Shown here: in pieces, positions 19,284 through 28,809 of the stretch
Position numbering within the stretch: position 1 is the first letter of the stretch
Layout of the letters: every line of letters begins with the position of its first letter
Assembly: GCA_049519175.1 (NCBI GenBank)
Contig: JBEKQZ010000001.1
Location: 335,679-399,678, forward strand
DNA length: 64,000 bases
Direction of reading: 5' to 3'
DNA from: Candidatus Levyibacteriota bacterium
Lineage (GTDB): Bacteria > Patescibacteriota > Microgenomatia > Levybacterales > UBA12049
Made by a program: the position numbers and the translations under genes
The notes under the pieces: model-generated
The model's input: the letters and a program-made list of their open reading frames with translations, nothing else
Told to the model about the DNA's origin: nothing
The model's database searches: none

Positions 19284-20387
19284 ATGAGAATAGCTTTTTT
19301 TCACGAGCTACATAAAGGAGGAGCAAGAAGAGGAACTAATGACTTTGCGAAACAGCTGAAGAAGAGAGGTCACGTGGTGGATCTATATACAATTAGCCCA
19401 AAAGTTAAAGAGGAAAAAGAGTTCTATAGCAATGCAAAGATTTATCAGTTTTTACCGGTTATTTGGAAAGGACGTAATTGGAGAAAAAAACTTTATAAAG
19501 ACACTGTCGAGTTAATAAAGCTAGTTTTGTTGGAAAGAAGAATTGCTGATGATATTGGAAGAAAAAAGTATGATTTAGTTTTTGTAGCGGCCTCGCAATA
19601 TATTGAATCGCCTTTTTTACTGCAATTTTTAAAAACTCCCAGCCTTTTTTACTGCAATGATCCATACTACAGAATTATTTATGAGCCGGAATTATTCCGT
19701 AAAGAAAGCGTTAATTTTTTTAAAATCAAATACGAATTATTAAACCGGCTGGCCAGAAAATATTTAGACAAGTGGAACATAAGTAAAGCGACTTATGTTG
19801 CTGCGAATTCAAAATTCACAAAAGAGCTATTTGAAAAAACCTACAAGAAAAAAGCCGATGTCTTATATTACGGAATTGATACCTTATTTTTTGTTCCTAG
19901 AAAATTTAAAAAAAATATCGATTTATTATTTGTAGGTTCTTATGATTTTCTCGATGGATACCCGTTCTTTAAAGAAGTGCTAAAACATATGCAAACCAAG
20001 CCAAAAGTCAGAGCAGTAGTATTTGAGGATGAATGGCTTACGGATTTGGAGCTTAAAGACGTTTATCAGCGGACAAAAATTTTAGTGGCGCCTGCCTATA
20101 AAGAACCGTTAGGCTTGGTGCCGCTTGAAGCAATGGCTTGTGGGGCAGTCGTAGTAGCGGTTGATGAAGGCGCACATAAAGAAACGGTTGTCAACGGCAA
20201 AACAGGGGTACTTTTAAAAAGGGATGCTATGCTTTTTGCAAAAAAGCTGGATGGGCTCTTAAATGATTCTGACACTTTGAAGAAAATGAGCCTTGAAGCC
20301 AAGAGTTACGTATCTTCGCAGTGGAGCTGGAAAAAAAGAGGGAATAATTTAGAAAGATACATACAGAGTAAATTTGATATTAAATAA
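19284..20387 (+). CDS. Glycosyltransferase family 1 (GT4-type, retaining)
   Basis: C-terminal EPLGLVPLEAMACG...VNGKTG motif of the GT4/GT1 family. ATG at 19284 (MRIAFFHE) preferred over the longer ORF start at 19242. Confidence 0.85.
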   Translation: MRIAFFHELHKGGARRGTNDFAKQLKKRGHVVDLYTISPKVKEEKEFYSNAKIYQFLPVIWKGRNWRKKLYKDTVELIKLVLLERRIADDIGRKKYDLVFVAASQYIESPFLLQFLKTPSLFYCNDPYYRIIYEPELFRKESVNFFKIKYELLNRLARKYLDKWNISKATYVAANSKFTKELFEKTYKKKADVLYYGIDTLFFVPRKFKKNIDLLFVGSYDFLDGYPFFKEVLKHMQTKPKVRAVVFEDEWLTDLELKDVYQRTKILVAPAYKEPLGLVPLEAMACGAVVVAVDEGAHKETVVNGKTGVLLKRDAMLFAKKLDGLLNDSDTLKKMSLEAKSYVSSQWSWKKRGNNLERYIQSKFDIK

Positions 20388-20395
20388 TTTTCGAG

Positions 20396-22573
20396 ATGAA
20401 ACTATCAATAATAGTCGTTAATTATGAGGTTAAAGAAAAAGTTTTAGAGTGTATAAAGTCAATCTATGATGCCAAATCAAAAACCGAGTTTGAAATAATT
20501 GTAGCTGATAACGGGGACACAGAAAGCATCCAGAATGTATTAAAAAAATATTTCCCAAAAGTGATTTATGTCAAAAGTCACAAAAACCTCGGCTATGGTG
20601 GGGGAAATAACTTGGGAGCAACTTACGCTAGGGGTAAATATTTATTTATTCTAAATCCCGATACTTTGGTTTTTAAAAATACGCTTGACGAATTGGTAAA
20701 ATTTCTTGATAAAAATCGAGACGTTGGAATTGTTTCCCCGCTGTTGGTAGACGAGGATAAAAATCCGTTTGCACTTCAGGGAGCAAGAGAATTAACTCCG
20801 TTTAGAGGCATTGTCTGCCTATCGTTTATTGATAAATTGTTCCCGAATAATCATTTTTCCAGAAAGTATTGGTTAAAAGATTGGAAGCACACGCAACTTA
20901 AAGAGGTAGATGTTTGTCCGGGAACCGCATTTATGATTTCAAAAAAGTTATTTAATGAGTTTGGTGGTTTTGACGAGAAGTTCTTCCTCTATTTTGAGGA
21001 GAATGATATTTCTAATCGCGTCAGAAGGTTGGGTTATAAAATATATATACTGACGAAAGCAAAAATATTTCATGAAGTTGGTGCCAGCACAAAGCAGTTA
21101 CAAAATTCCAATTATTTTTTTTTGAAAAGCAGGTACTTATATTTTAAAAAGTACTATGGAATTACAAAAGCCCTGTTGGTTGAGTCCTTTTTGAGGATTA
21201 ATAAGCTATCTTTGCTTATATTTTTTACGTTTTGCTTAGCGTTCTTCTTGCGAATTTATAATTTAACCAATGGAATGGAATTTATCGGCGATCAGGGCTG
21301 GTTTTATATATCGGCTAGAGATTTTTTAATTCACGGGAAGATTCCATTAGTCGGTATTACCTCCAGCCACATTTGGCTGCATCAAGGACCATTGTGGACC
21401 TATATGCTTTCAATCGCGTTACTATTATCTAAATTCAATCCGGTTTCTGGGGCGTATCTGACAGTTTTATTTGGTATAGCAACGACTTTTCTGATGTATG
21501 AATTGGGCAAAGAAATGTTTTCGCAAAAGGTTGGATTAATAGCGGCTTTATTATACGCAACGTCACCTTTGATAGTATCTTTTGACCGGATGCCGTTTGA
21601 CCCAAGTCCGATTCCTTTTTTCACGGTTTTGTATCTGTTCTCGTTAGTAAAATGGCTAAAAGGAAATTTAAATTATTTTCCCGTAATACTTTTTCTATTG
21701 GCTATTCTTTATAATTTGGAGCTGGCGACGTTTACCTTAGCTTTTCCGTTTGTTCTAATTTTTGTTTATGGTCTATTTAAACAATCAGGTTGGGTAAAGG
21801 GGTTACTAAATAAAAAAACAGTATCTTTTTCAATTCTTCTTCCAGTTCTGGTGATGCTGCCGGTTATAATTTATGATTTTTCGCATGGTTTTAAACAAAC
21901 TGTAGTATTTTTGGGTTGGACTTTATATAAGCCATTTAGCTTTCTTTTTAAACATTCGTCAACCAATCTAATTACTAATTTAAAGGTTATTGCCGATTTC
22001 GGACTGATAAATTTACAAAGATTACTTTTTCTAGATAGTGTTTTGTTCTCGTTATTGTTGTTTGCGGCCGGTGTATGCCTACTGTTCTTTCAGGTTTTTA
22101 AAAACAGAAAGCTAAACGATGCGAAATCAATCTTGCTGCTTCTACTAACAATTTCGCTTCTGGGAATAGTCGTAAATCAGACACCTTCAGATGCTTATCT
22201 TCCAATTGCTTTTCCTTTCGTCATTTTCGTATCCGCTATTTTATTTGAATACTTATTTAAAATTAGATTTTTAAAATTGATTGTTGCGATTGTGTTAATT
22301 TTAGTTGTTTTATTAAACTCTTGTGAAATTTTTAGAAATGATTTGACAGCCGAACTAAAAGATAGAATTAGTAGCGCCAATAAAATAATTATGCTTGCGG
22401 ATAATCAAAAATATAATTTAATCGGTAGGGGAGTCGGTAGTCAGTTTAGTAGTTTTACTATGAATTATGAATACTTATTATGGTGGAAGGGCCATCCTGT
22501 TTCGAATGAAAACGTTAGAACTAAAATCGTTGTGTGGGAAACGTCAAAAGGAATTATAATATATAAGCAGTAA
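20396..22573 (+). CDS. Fusion protein: N-terminal GT2 glycosyltransferase domain + C-terminal GT-C-type polytopic membrane domain (ArnT/PMT-like)
   Basis: GT2 core LSIIVVNYEVKEK...ADNGDT...DED in aa 1-250. Then ~470 aa with ~11 hydrophobic helices. A T9 homopolymer lies at 21115-21123. Confidence 0.7.
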   Translation: MKLSIIVVNYEVKEKVLECIKSIYDAKSKTEFEIIVADNGDTESIQNVLKKYFPKVIYVKSHKNLGYGGGNNLGATYARGKYLFILNPDTLVFKNTLDELVKFLDKNRDVGIVSPLLVDEDKNPFALQGARELTPFRGIVCLSFIDKLFPNNHFSRKYWLKDWKHTQLKEVDVCPGTAFMISKKLFNEFGGFDEKFFLYFEENDISNRVRRLGYKIYILTKAKIFHEVGASTKQLQNSNYFFLKSRYLYFKKYYGITKALLVESFLRINKLSLLIFFTFCLAFFLRIYNLTNGMEFIGDQGWFYISARDFLIHGKIPLVGITSSHIWLHQGPLWTYMLSIALLLSKFNPVSGAYLTVLFGIATTFLMYELGKEMFSQKVGLIAALLYATSPLIVSFDRMPFDPSPIPFFTVLYLFSLVKWLKGNLNYFPVILFLLAILYNLELATFTLAFPFVLIFVYGLFKQSGWVKGLLNKKTVSFSILLPVLVMLPVIIYDFSHGFKQTVVFLGWTLYKPFSFLFKHSSTNLITNLKVIADFGLINLQRLLFLDSVLFSLLLFAAGVCLLFFQVFKNRKLNDAKSILLLLLTISLLGIVVNQTPSDAYLPIAFPFVIFVSAILFEYLFKIRFLKLIVAIVLILVVLLNSCEIFRNDLTAELKDRISSANKIIMLADNQKYNLIGRGVGSQFSSFTMNYEYLLWWKGHPVSNENVRTKIVVWETSKGIIIYKQ

Positions 22574-23331
22574 TGATAAGCATAATTATTTTAACCAAAA
22601 ACGAAGAGAAAAATATTTTAGATTGTCTGGAAACCGTTAATTGGGCAGATGAAATAATTATTCTCGATGATAATTCAATTGACAGAACCGTCGAAATCGC
22701 AGAGTCACTAAAATTAAAGCATTTAAAAGTTTTACAGCGGGTGCTGGACGGAGATTTTTCCAAACAACGAAATTTTACTTTGTCGCATGTTAAGAGCGAA
22801 TGGGCGCTGTTTATCGACGCCGATGAAAGAGTAACGCCGCAGCTTCGTAAAGAAATCAATGATTTTATTATTGAAGAGAAAGAAAAGCCGGTATTTAACG
22901 GGATGTATCTAAAAAGACAGGATATGCTTTGGGGAAAATTGCTAAAACATGGTGAGACAGGAAATATAAAACTTTTGCGGTTGGCCAGAAAAGATGCCGG
23001 AATATGGCATGGTAAAGTACACGAACGGTGGGTGATTGAAGGGAAGACCGATACGTTTGAAAATTATTTAATTCATTATCCACATCAAACGGTGGCGGAT
23101 TTTTTAGCCGAAATTAATTTGTATACTACTATCCGGGCTAAAGAACTTTTCGAAAGTAATGAAAAAAGTTCAATCTTCAAAATCATTTTTTATCCAAAAG
23201 CCAAATTTATCCAGAATTTTATTTTCCGGTTAGGTTTTCTGGATGGATTAGAAGGATTAGTGCAGGCAATTCTAATGAGTTTCCATTCTTTTCTGGTAAG
23301 AGCTAAATTATGGACTTACCTAGACAAATAA
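22573..23331 (+). CDS. Glycosyltransferase family 2
   Basis: ISIIILTKNEEKNI...IIILDDNSIDRT and a DADE block. Confidence 0.85.
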   Translation: MISIIILTKNEEKNILDCLETVNWADEIIILDDNSIDRTVEIAESLKLKHLKVLQRVLDGDFSKQRNFTLSHVKSEWALFIDADERVTPQLRKEINDFIIEEKEKPVFNGMYLKRQDMLWGKLLKHGETGNIKLLRLARKDAGIWHGKVHERWVIEGKTDTFENYLIHYPHQTVADFLAEINLYTTIRAKELFESNEKSSIFKIIFYPKAKFIQNFIFRLGFLDGLEGLVQAILMSFHSFLVRAKLWTYLDK

Positions 23332-25079
23332 AAAAACACAAATGCACTAAATATTTACCTCATTTGTTAGCGTTCTTCTATTTTGTCGCAGCTACCATTT
23401 ACATTACTTTTCCCTTAATCTTCCACATGACCAATATGCTTTTTGAAAAGGTTGATGACGCGTATATTTCGTGGATAATTAATTGGGATATCCATTCATT
23501 TACGACTAACGCCTTGAATATCTTTAATGGCAATATTTATTATCCATACCACAACACACTTGCCTATTCCGATAATTATTTAACTTCTGCCGCAGTAGCG
23601 TTCTTTCCGGTTAAAATAGTGGGAGAGCCGGCGTTCGCCTATAACTTTTGTCTTATTTTTTCTTTCATAACTTTGGGTTTTTGTGTTTATCTGCTTGCTT
23701 TATATATTTCCAAAAGCCATCTGTCTTCGATTGCGGCTGGCACTATCGCCGCTTTTTCGCCTTATGCCCTGACGAAAGTAATGCATTTGCAATTATTAGG
23801 TATTTGTTGGGTTCCTCTATCAATATTATTTTTCTTGGTGTTTCTTGATAAAAAACTATTTAGGTATTTTATGATTGCGGTTTTTTTCTTTATTTTACAA
23901 ATGTATAATAGTTTTTTACCGGGTTACTTTATTCTTATTTCCTGTCTAATAATTTTAATTTGTTATTTTTTGACAAAAAAAATAACCTTCAAGCAATTGA
24001 ATATGTCAAAAATTATTCTGACAGGAATTTTTACCTTCTTAATTATCATCCCAATTGTGATTCCTTATTTTCAGGTTTCAAAACAGTTTAATTATGTCAG
24101 AGATATCCGTGATGCCATAAGATTTGCAAACCGTCCTGAATATACTCTTTATCCGGGGTTTACAACCAGACTGCGCGATTTTTTATTAGCCGTTTTTTAC
24201 AAAAATGATAAACATCCAATTACCTATGATGGCTTTATGGGTTTGGTATTTTTCATTTTATCGGCGGCTGCAATTATTTACCGGATTATAAACAAAAAGA
24301 AAAAGTGGTTTTTATTTGATAGCTTTCTTGTCATTGGAATTTTTAGCTATATCTTAAGTTTGGGACCGGCTTTGCAATGGGGAGACCATGTAATTAAGCA
24401 CCCGTTTATAATTCCTTTGCCTTACGCTCTGTTTTACTATCTTGCGCCCGGCTTTAACGGATTTAGGGATTCATCACGTTGGGAGATGTTGTTTCTGATG
24501 TCTTTTTCGATTTCGATTTCGATATTTCTAGCAGTCTTCCTTAAAAATAAAAACCGCTTGCTTAAATTATTTTTCGTTATGCTAATTTGTTTTGGAGTGT
24601 TATGGGAATTTAATCTTCCTTACGCTTACCACCAAGTTCCGACCAAAGAAAATTTCCCCAAAATTTATTATTTCATCAAAAATTTACCTCAACAAGCTGT
24701 AATTGCGGAATTTCCCATTTACAATTGGAGCACTTATCCGCTATTAAATTCCGAAAATTTCAGAGAATATTACGGAACTCTAAGTTTTAGAAAAACAATT
24801 AACGGCGCCTCTGGGTTTAGTCCGCCTCCTTGGCAAATTAAAATAAATTATCTAGTGAATAACTTTCCCAAAAACAACAGCCTTCAATTACTTAAAAATG
24901 TGGGAGTGAATTATATTATTATTCATGCTTGGGAATATGACCAATTGCATAACGCGCGATACACAGCGGAAAATAATTTTGTTTCTTCTGGTGCTGTTAT
25001 CAAATCGGAATTAGATAATAATAGCCAAGTTCAATTTGTTTATTCAACCGATAAAGATTACGTTTATAAAATAAAATGA
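23310..25079 (+). CDS. Large polytopic membrane protein (~11 helices + C-terminal soluble domain); putative GT-C-like glycan-assembly protein
   Basis: Hydrophobicity pattern only. Overlaps the upstream GT2 gene by 22 nt. Confidence 0.4.
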   Translation: MDLPRQIKKHKCTKYLPHLLAFFYFVAATIYITFPLIFHMTNMLFEKVDDAYISWIINWDIHSFTTNALNIFNGNIYYPYHNTLAYSDNYLTSAAVAFFPVKIVGEPAFAYNFCLIFSFITLGFCVYLLALYISKSHLSSIAAGTIAAFSPYALTKVMHLQLLGICWVPLSILFFLVFLDKKLFRYFMIAVFFFILQMYNSFLPGYFILISCLIILICYFLTKKITFKQLNMSKIILTGIFTFLIIIPIVIPYFQVSKQFNYVRDIRDAIRFANRPEYTLYPGFTTRLRDFLLAVFYKNDKHPITYDGFMGLVFFILSAAAIIYRIINKKKKWFLFDSFLVIGIFSYILSLGPALQWGDHVIKHPFIIPLPYALFYYLAPGFNGFRDSSRWEMLFLMSFSISISIFLAVFLKNKNRLLKLFFVMLICFGVLWEFNLPYAYHQVPTKENFPKIYYFIKNLPQQAVIAEFPIYNWSTYPLLNSENFREYYGTLSFRKTINGASGFSPPPWQIKINYLVNNFPKNNSLQLLKNVGVNYIIIHAWEYDQLHNARYTAENNFVSSGAVIKSELDNNSQVQFVYSTDKDYVYKIK

Positions 25080-25164
25080 AATATTTGTTGCAATTGTTTT
25101 ACGTCTTATTTTGCTTACTGGTATTAGCGTTTTACATTCAATACCTTTTTTGCAGAGGAGGTAT

Positions 25165-26787
25165 ATGTTTACATTAGCCATTCTGATTGGCATTTATTCG
25201 TATTTAATTTTCTTCTTGGGCATATTGGGATTGCTTTATCGACCGGTAGTTTTAATAACTACCATTGTATATTTTTCTATCCTTATAATTTTTGCTCAAA
25301 GAAAGCTTAAAGCCGGGTTGACAAACTTTGGGGTTAAGAAATTAGTGACTGAATTTAAAAGTAACAAGCTTTTTAGTTTAACTTTTTTGTTGATTATTTC
25401 TCAAGCGTTGATTAATTTAATTGGAGTTTTTGGCCCGGAAATTTCTTTTGACGCTCTTTGGTATCACTTGACTCTCCCAAGACTTTACATTGCTAAACAT
25501 TTAATCTTTTATATTCCCGGCTCAAATTTATTTTATTCCGCCATGCCAAAGTTGACCGAAATGCTTTATACGGCGGCTTTACTTTTAGCTAATGATTCAT
25601 TTGTCAAGCTAACCCATTTTTCATTTGGCATATTAACTTTAATTGCGATATACAAAATTTCCCGTAGATTTATGTCTAGGGAATTTTCAATTTTAGCCAG
25701 TGCTATTTTTTATGCCAATTTGGTGGTTGGATGGGAGACCATTACCGCTTATGTTGATTTGTCTTGGGCATTTTTTTCGCTGATGGCTTTTTGGGGTTTG
25801 TTAATTTGGTTGGAAAAGCGAAACAAGCGATGGCTGGTGTTGACGGGCATAATGTTTGGTTTGGCAGTCACAGCCAAACTGGCGGCTTTATTTGCTCTAC
25901 CGGTATTTTTGTTGATTTTAGTTTACGATAAGTATTTAGAACATGATAATTGGCTAAATTTAAGCAAAAGGTTCTTTTTATTAGTCATCATTACTTTGTT
26001 AATTCCGCTGCCTTGGCTGATATTTGCATTTGTTAATACCGGCAATCCGGTCTACCCTTATTTTACCAGCCAGCTGGTAGATTCGGGAAAAACACTGGTG
26101 TTGCCAAACTTTAAATATATTCTAACAGATTTATATAGTTTCTTTTTAAAATTGAATGATCCGATTTCACCGATCTATTTAATTGTTTTTCCATTAATTG
26201 TTACTAACTTCAAGAAATTCACCCTGAAAATTAAGATTTTAACTTTATATTGTTTTGGTAATTTTTTAATTTGGTATTTAACACAAGAACCAAGAGGCGG
26301 CAGATTTATTCTCCCGTATCTTCCTGTCTTTTCAATTTTAGCCGCTTATGTAATCGCCAAAGTTCAACGTCATTATTTAAGAAATTTTTTAATCGCGGTG
26401 GTAATTTTTATCACTTTGATTTCAATTGGCTACCGTAGCATTGCCAACGCTAAATTTGTGCCAGTCGAATTGGGAAGAGAAACTAAATCAGCATTTCTGG
26501 CCAAGTATTTGAATTTTTCTTTTGGAGATTTTTATGACACCGACAATTATTTTAAGAATCATCTTGGCAAAAATGACACTGTATTACTATATGGTTTTGG
26601 TAAGCTCTATTACGTTGATTTTAATTTTATTGATTCTAGTTGGGTTAAAAAGGGTGATAAATTTGACTATATTGCTGTTCAAAATAGCGTTTTGCCGAAG
26701 CGGTTTTCGGATTGGCGGCAAATTTACTATAATAAGTTAACTAAAGTTAAGCTTTATACAAAGGGAGAGAAAATATGCGTTTATTAA
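25165..26787 (+). CDS. Large polytopic membrane protein; putative GT-C-like (ArnT/PMT-type) glycosyltransferase
   Basis: Multi-helix N-terminus and a soluble C-terminal ~100 aa. AGAGGAGG Shine-Dalgarno precedes the ATG at 25165. The ORF track's alternative start is 25111. Confidence 0.4.
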   Translation: MFTLAILIGIYSYLIFFLGILGLLYRPVVLITTIVYFSILIIFAQRKLKAGLTNFGVKKLVTEFKSNKLFSLTFLLIISQALINLIGVFGPEISFDALWYHLTLPRLYIAKHLIFYIPGSNLFYSAMPKLTEMLYTAALLLANDSFVKLTHFSFGILTLIAIYKISRRFMSREFSILASAIFYANLVVGWETITAYVDLSWAFFSLMAFWGLLIWLEKRNKRWLVLTGIMFGLAVTAKLAALFALPVFLLILVYDKYLEHDNWLNLSKRFFLLVIITLLIPLPWLIFAFVNTGNPVYPYFTSQLVDSGKTLVLPNFKYILTDLYSFFLKLNDPISPIYLIVFPLIVTNFKKFTLKIKILTLYCFGNFLIWYLTQEPRGGRFILPYLPVFSILAAYVIAKVQRHYLRNFLIAVVIFITLISIGYRSIANAKFVPVELGRETKSAFLAKYLNFSFGDFYDTDNYFKNHLGKNDTVLLYGFGKLYYVDFNFIDSSWVKKGDKFDYIAVQNSVLPKRFSDWRQIYYNKLTKVKLYTKGEKICVY

Positions 26788-27977
26788 AAATAGTATTTAT
26801 TATTTTCATTTTGGCATTTTTCATTGTCGAAGTAGGCAGAGCCCAGTTGTTAAATGGTGTAGCAATTTCTGTCAACGATATTTTATTAGCCGCGGTAATT
26901 TTAGTTTGGATTATAAATCATTTTCTCCATAAGCAGAAATTCGTTCTAGGGAAATTATTCAAACCAATTCTGCTTTTTTCCGCCATTGGTTTAATTTCTC
27001 TACTGCTGAATTTTCCCAACCTTGGCGTTAATAATCTATTAGAATCATCTCTTTACCTAGTTAGGTGGATTGCCTATGCTTTAATTTACGTTATCGTCAG
27101 CGAGTTTGAGTCAAAGTTTAAAAACAAAATTGCTTATTCGTTATTAATTTCCGGTTCGATAGTTGTTGTGCTTGGATATATTCAATTTTTCTTTTATCCC
27201 AGTCTTCGTAATCTTTATTACTTGGGTTGGGATGAGCATCTTTACCGGATGTTCAGTAGCTTTCTAGACCCAAACTATGCGGGAGCATTTTTCGGAATAT
27301 TTTTTCTTTACACAGTTGCTTTTTTAAGAAACTATCTGGTAAAAAAAGAACTAATAAAATCCTTGCTGATAAGTTTAATATCACTTTTTACTTTTGTAGC
27401 GTTGTATTTAACTTATTCAAGAAGCGCTTTGATAATGCTTTTGACAGGAGTAATTATTTACTTAAGTCTTATTGGCAAAAAGAAGTTTATTGCTCTGGCA
27501 ATTGTGCTAATTTTTCTCTCCATTTTTATTTTGCCAAAATCATTTACAACTGAAGGGACAAATTTTTTAAGAGCAGTATCAAGCGAGGCCAGAATTAAAA
27601 ACGCACAAGAAGCGTTAATAGTAATTAAAAATAGTCCTCTTTATGGTGTAGGATTTAATGCTTATAGATATGCCGGAAACAGATTAGGAATAGTTACTGG
27701 ACTGGATTGGCAAGTTTCGCATGGAGGAGCAGGAACCGATAATAGTTTTTTGTTTGTTTTAGCAACAACAGGAATAATAGGCTTAATTATCTATCTTAAC
27801 TTTTTATATAGAATGATTATACTTGGATTAAGCAATCTTCAACGTAATAAATATGCAGTTGTGCTTGTCTCTTCATTGGCGGGTCTATTTGTAAGTAGCC
27901 TATTTATTAATAGCTTGTTCTATGTTTTTATGCTGGAATGGATTTGGATTATCGCTTCGTTTACGGAGAAAAGTTGA
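26775..27977 (+). CDS. O-antigen ligase/polymerase-like membrane protein (Wzy_C/WaaL family)
   Basis: About 10 helices with a larger extracytoplasmic loop carrying LYLTYSRSALIMLL, resembling the conserved Wzy_C motif. Overlaps the upstream gene by 13 nt. Confidence 0.55.
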   Translation: MRLLKIVFIIFILAFFIVEVGRAQLLNGVAISVNDILLAAVILVWIINHFLHKQKFVLGKLFKPILLFSAIGLISLLLNFPNLGVNNLLESSLYLVRWIAYALIYVIVSEFESKFKNKIAYSLLISGSIVVVLGYIQFFFYPSLRNLYYLGWDEHLYRMFSSFLDPNYAGAFFGIFFLYTVAFLRNYLVKKELIKSLLISLISLFTFVALYLTYSRSALIMLLTGVIIYLSLIGKKKFIALAIVLIFLSIFILPKSFTTEGTNFLRAVSSEARIKNAQEALIVIKNSPLYGVGFNAYRYAGNRLGIVTGLDWQVSHGGAGTDNSFLFVLATTGIIGLIIYLNFLYRMIILGLSNLQRNKYAVVLVSSLAGLFVSSLFINSLFYVFMLEWIWIIASFTEKS

Positions 27978-28680
27978 CTTTTAAATCTTTCTCAACTTTA
28001 TTTCCTGCCTGATCGGTAGCCACTATTTTAATTTGGTTATCACCGTTTTGTAAAGGAAGTGTGTAAGAAAAATTATTGCTGTCATCAACCACTGCCCAGA
28101 AACCGTTTACGGTTACGCTAACTCCTTGGTCGGTTTTACCGGTGACGTTAATCGTATTATTGGTGTTGACTTGGTTTTTATTAAAGCCTTGTCCGTCAGA
28201 AGGCGTTGAAATATCCAAAGTCGGCGGCGAATTTTTGTAGACAACATCAATAGTATCCGAAAAGGCACTCTGCTTATTGTTATATTCTGCCTTTGCATCT
28301 ATTTGATTATCCCCAGTGGTTAAATTTTCTTTAAAAACAAAATTGCCATTATTGTCGGCATTAACTTGGTCAACGTTGTTGTTATTAACGTAAAGTAAAA
28401 CTTGATAGTCTTTGGTTGATTGTCCGGTAATAATTATTTGTGCGCTGTTGGTTGCTTGCACTAAAGGGTTAAGAGTCGGTGCCGTAATGTAATTGATTTG
28501 ATTGCTGTTTTGCGTAGTGGTTTGATTCTTGTTGCCGGAAAGAAAAAGGCTAAAGTTCACTAATGCGTCAATGCCAAAGCGGAATAACAAAAATAAAATT
28601 ATCAGAATTCCGATAATGCTTAAAATAGTTGTCCGCTGTGTTCTCTTTTCGAAATTCTTATTCAGTCTTGATCTTCTCAT
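27961..28680 (-). CDS. Cell-surface protein: N-terminal signal-anchor followed by two Ig-like (Big-type) repeat domains rich in Asn/Thr/Gln
   Basis: MRRSRLNK...ILSIIGILIILFLLF anchor. Two similar ~90-aa repeats (..ITGQSTKDYQVLLYVNNNNVD.. and ..VTGKTDQGVSVTVNGFWAVVDD..). Start set at the ATG at 28680 because the longer ORF would overlap the tRNA. Confidence 0.5.
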   Translation of the reverse strand: MRRSRLNKNFEKRTQRTTILSIIGILIILFLLFRFGIDALVNFSLFLSGNKNQTTTQNSNQINYITAPTLNPLVQATNSAQIIITGQSTKDYQVLLYVNNNNVDQVNADNNGNFVFKENLTTGDNQIDAKAEYNNKQSAFSDTIDVVYKNSPPTLDISTPSDGQGFNKNQVNTNNTINVTGKTDQGVSVTVNGFWAVVDDSNNFSYTLPLQNGDNQIKIVATDQAGNKVEKDLKVNFSP

Positions 28681-28685
28681 AATTT

Positions 28686-28760
28686 TGGAGCCGAAGGTGA
28701 GAATCGAACTCACGGCCTAGTGTTTACGAAACACTTGCTCTACCACTGAGCCACTTCGGC
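28686..28760 (-). tRNA. tRNA-Thr (anticodon CGT), CCA encoded
   Basis: Reverse complement folds as acceptor GCCGAAG/CTTCGGC, D-arm GCTCAGTGGTAGAGC, anticodon stem AGTGT/ACACT with loop TTCGTAA, T-arm GTGAG-TTCGATT-CTCAC, then discriminator T and CCA. Confidence 0.9.
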
Positions 28761-28809
28761 GTACGTCTATATTTTATTCAATTAGACGAAAAAGAGCAAG
28801 ATTTGCAGA

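Noticed and set aside
24505-24522. Hexanucleotide tandem repeat (TTTCGA)x3 in the membrane protein gene 23310..25079
   Set aside because: The unit length is a multiple of 3 and encodes SISISI in frame. Copy-number change would not shift the frame, so it is not a phase-variation switch.
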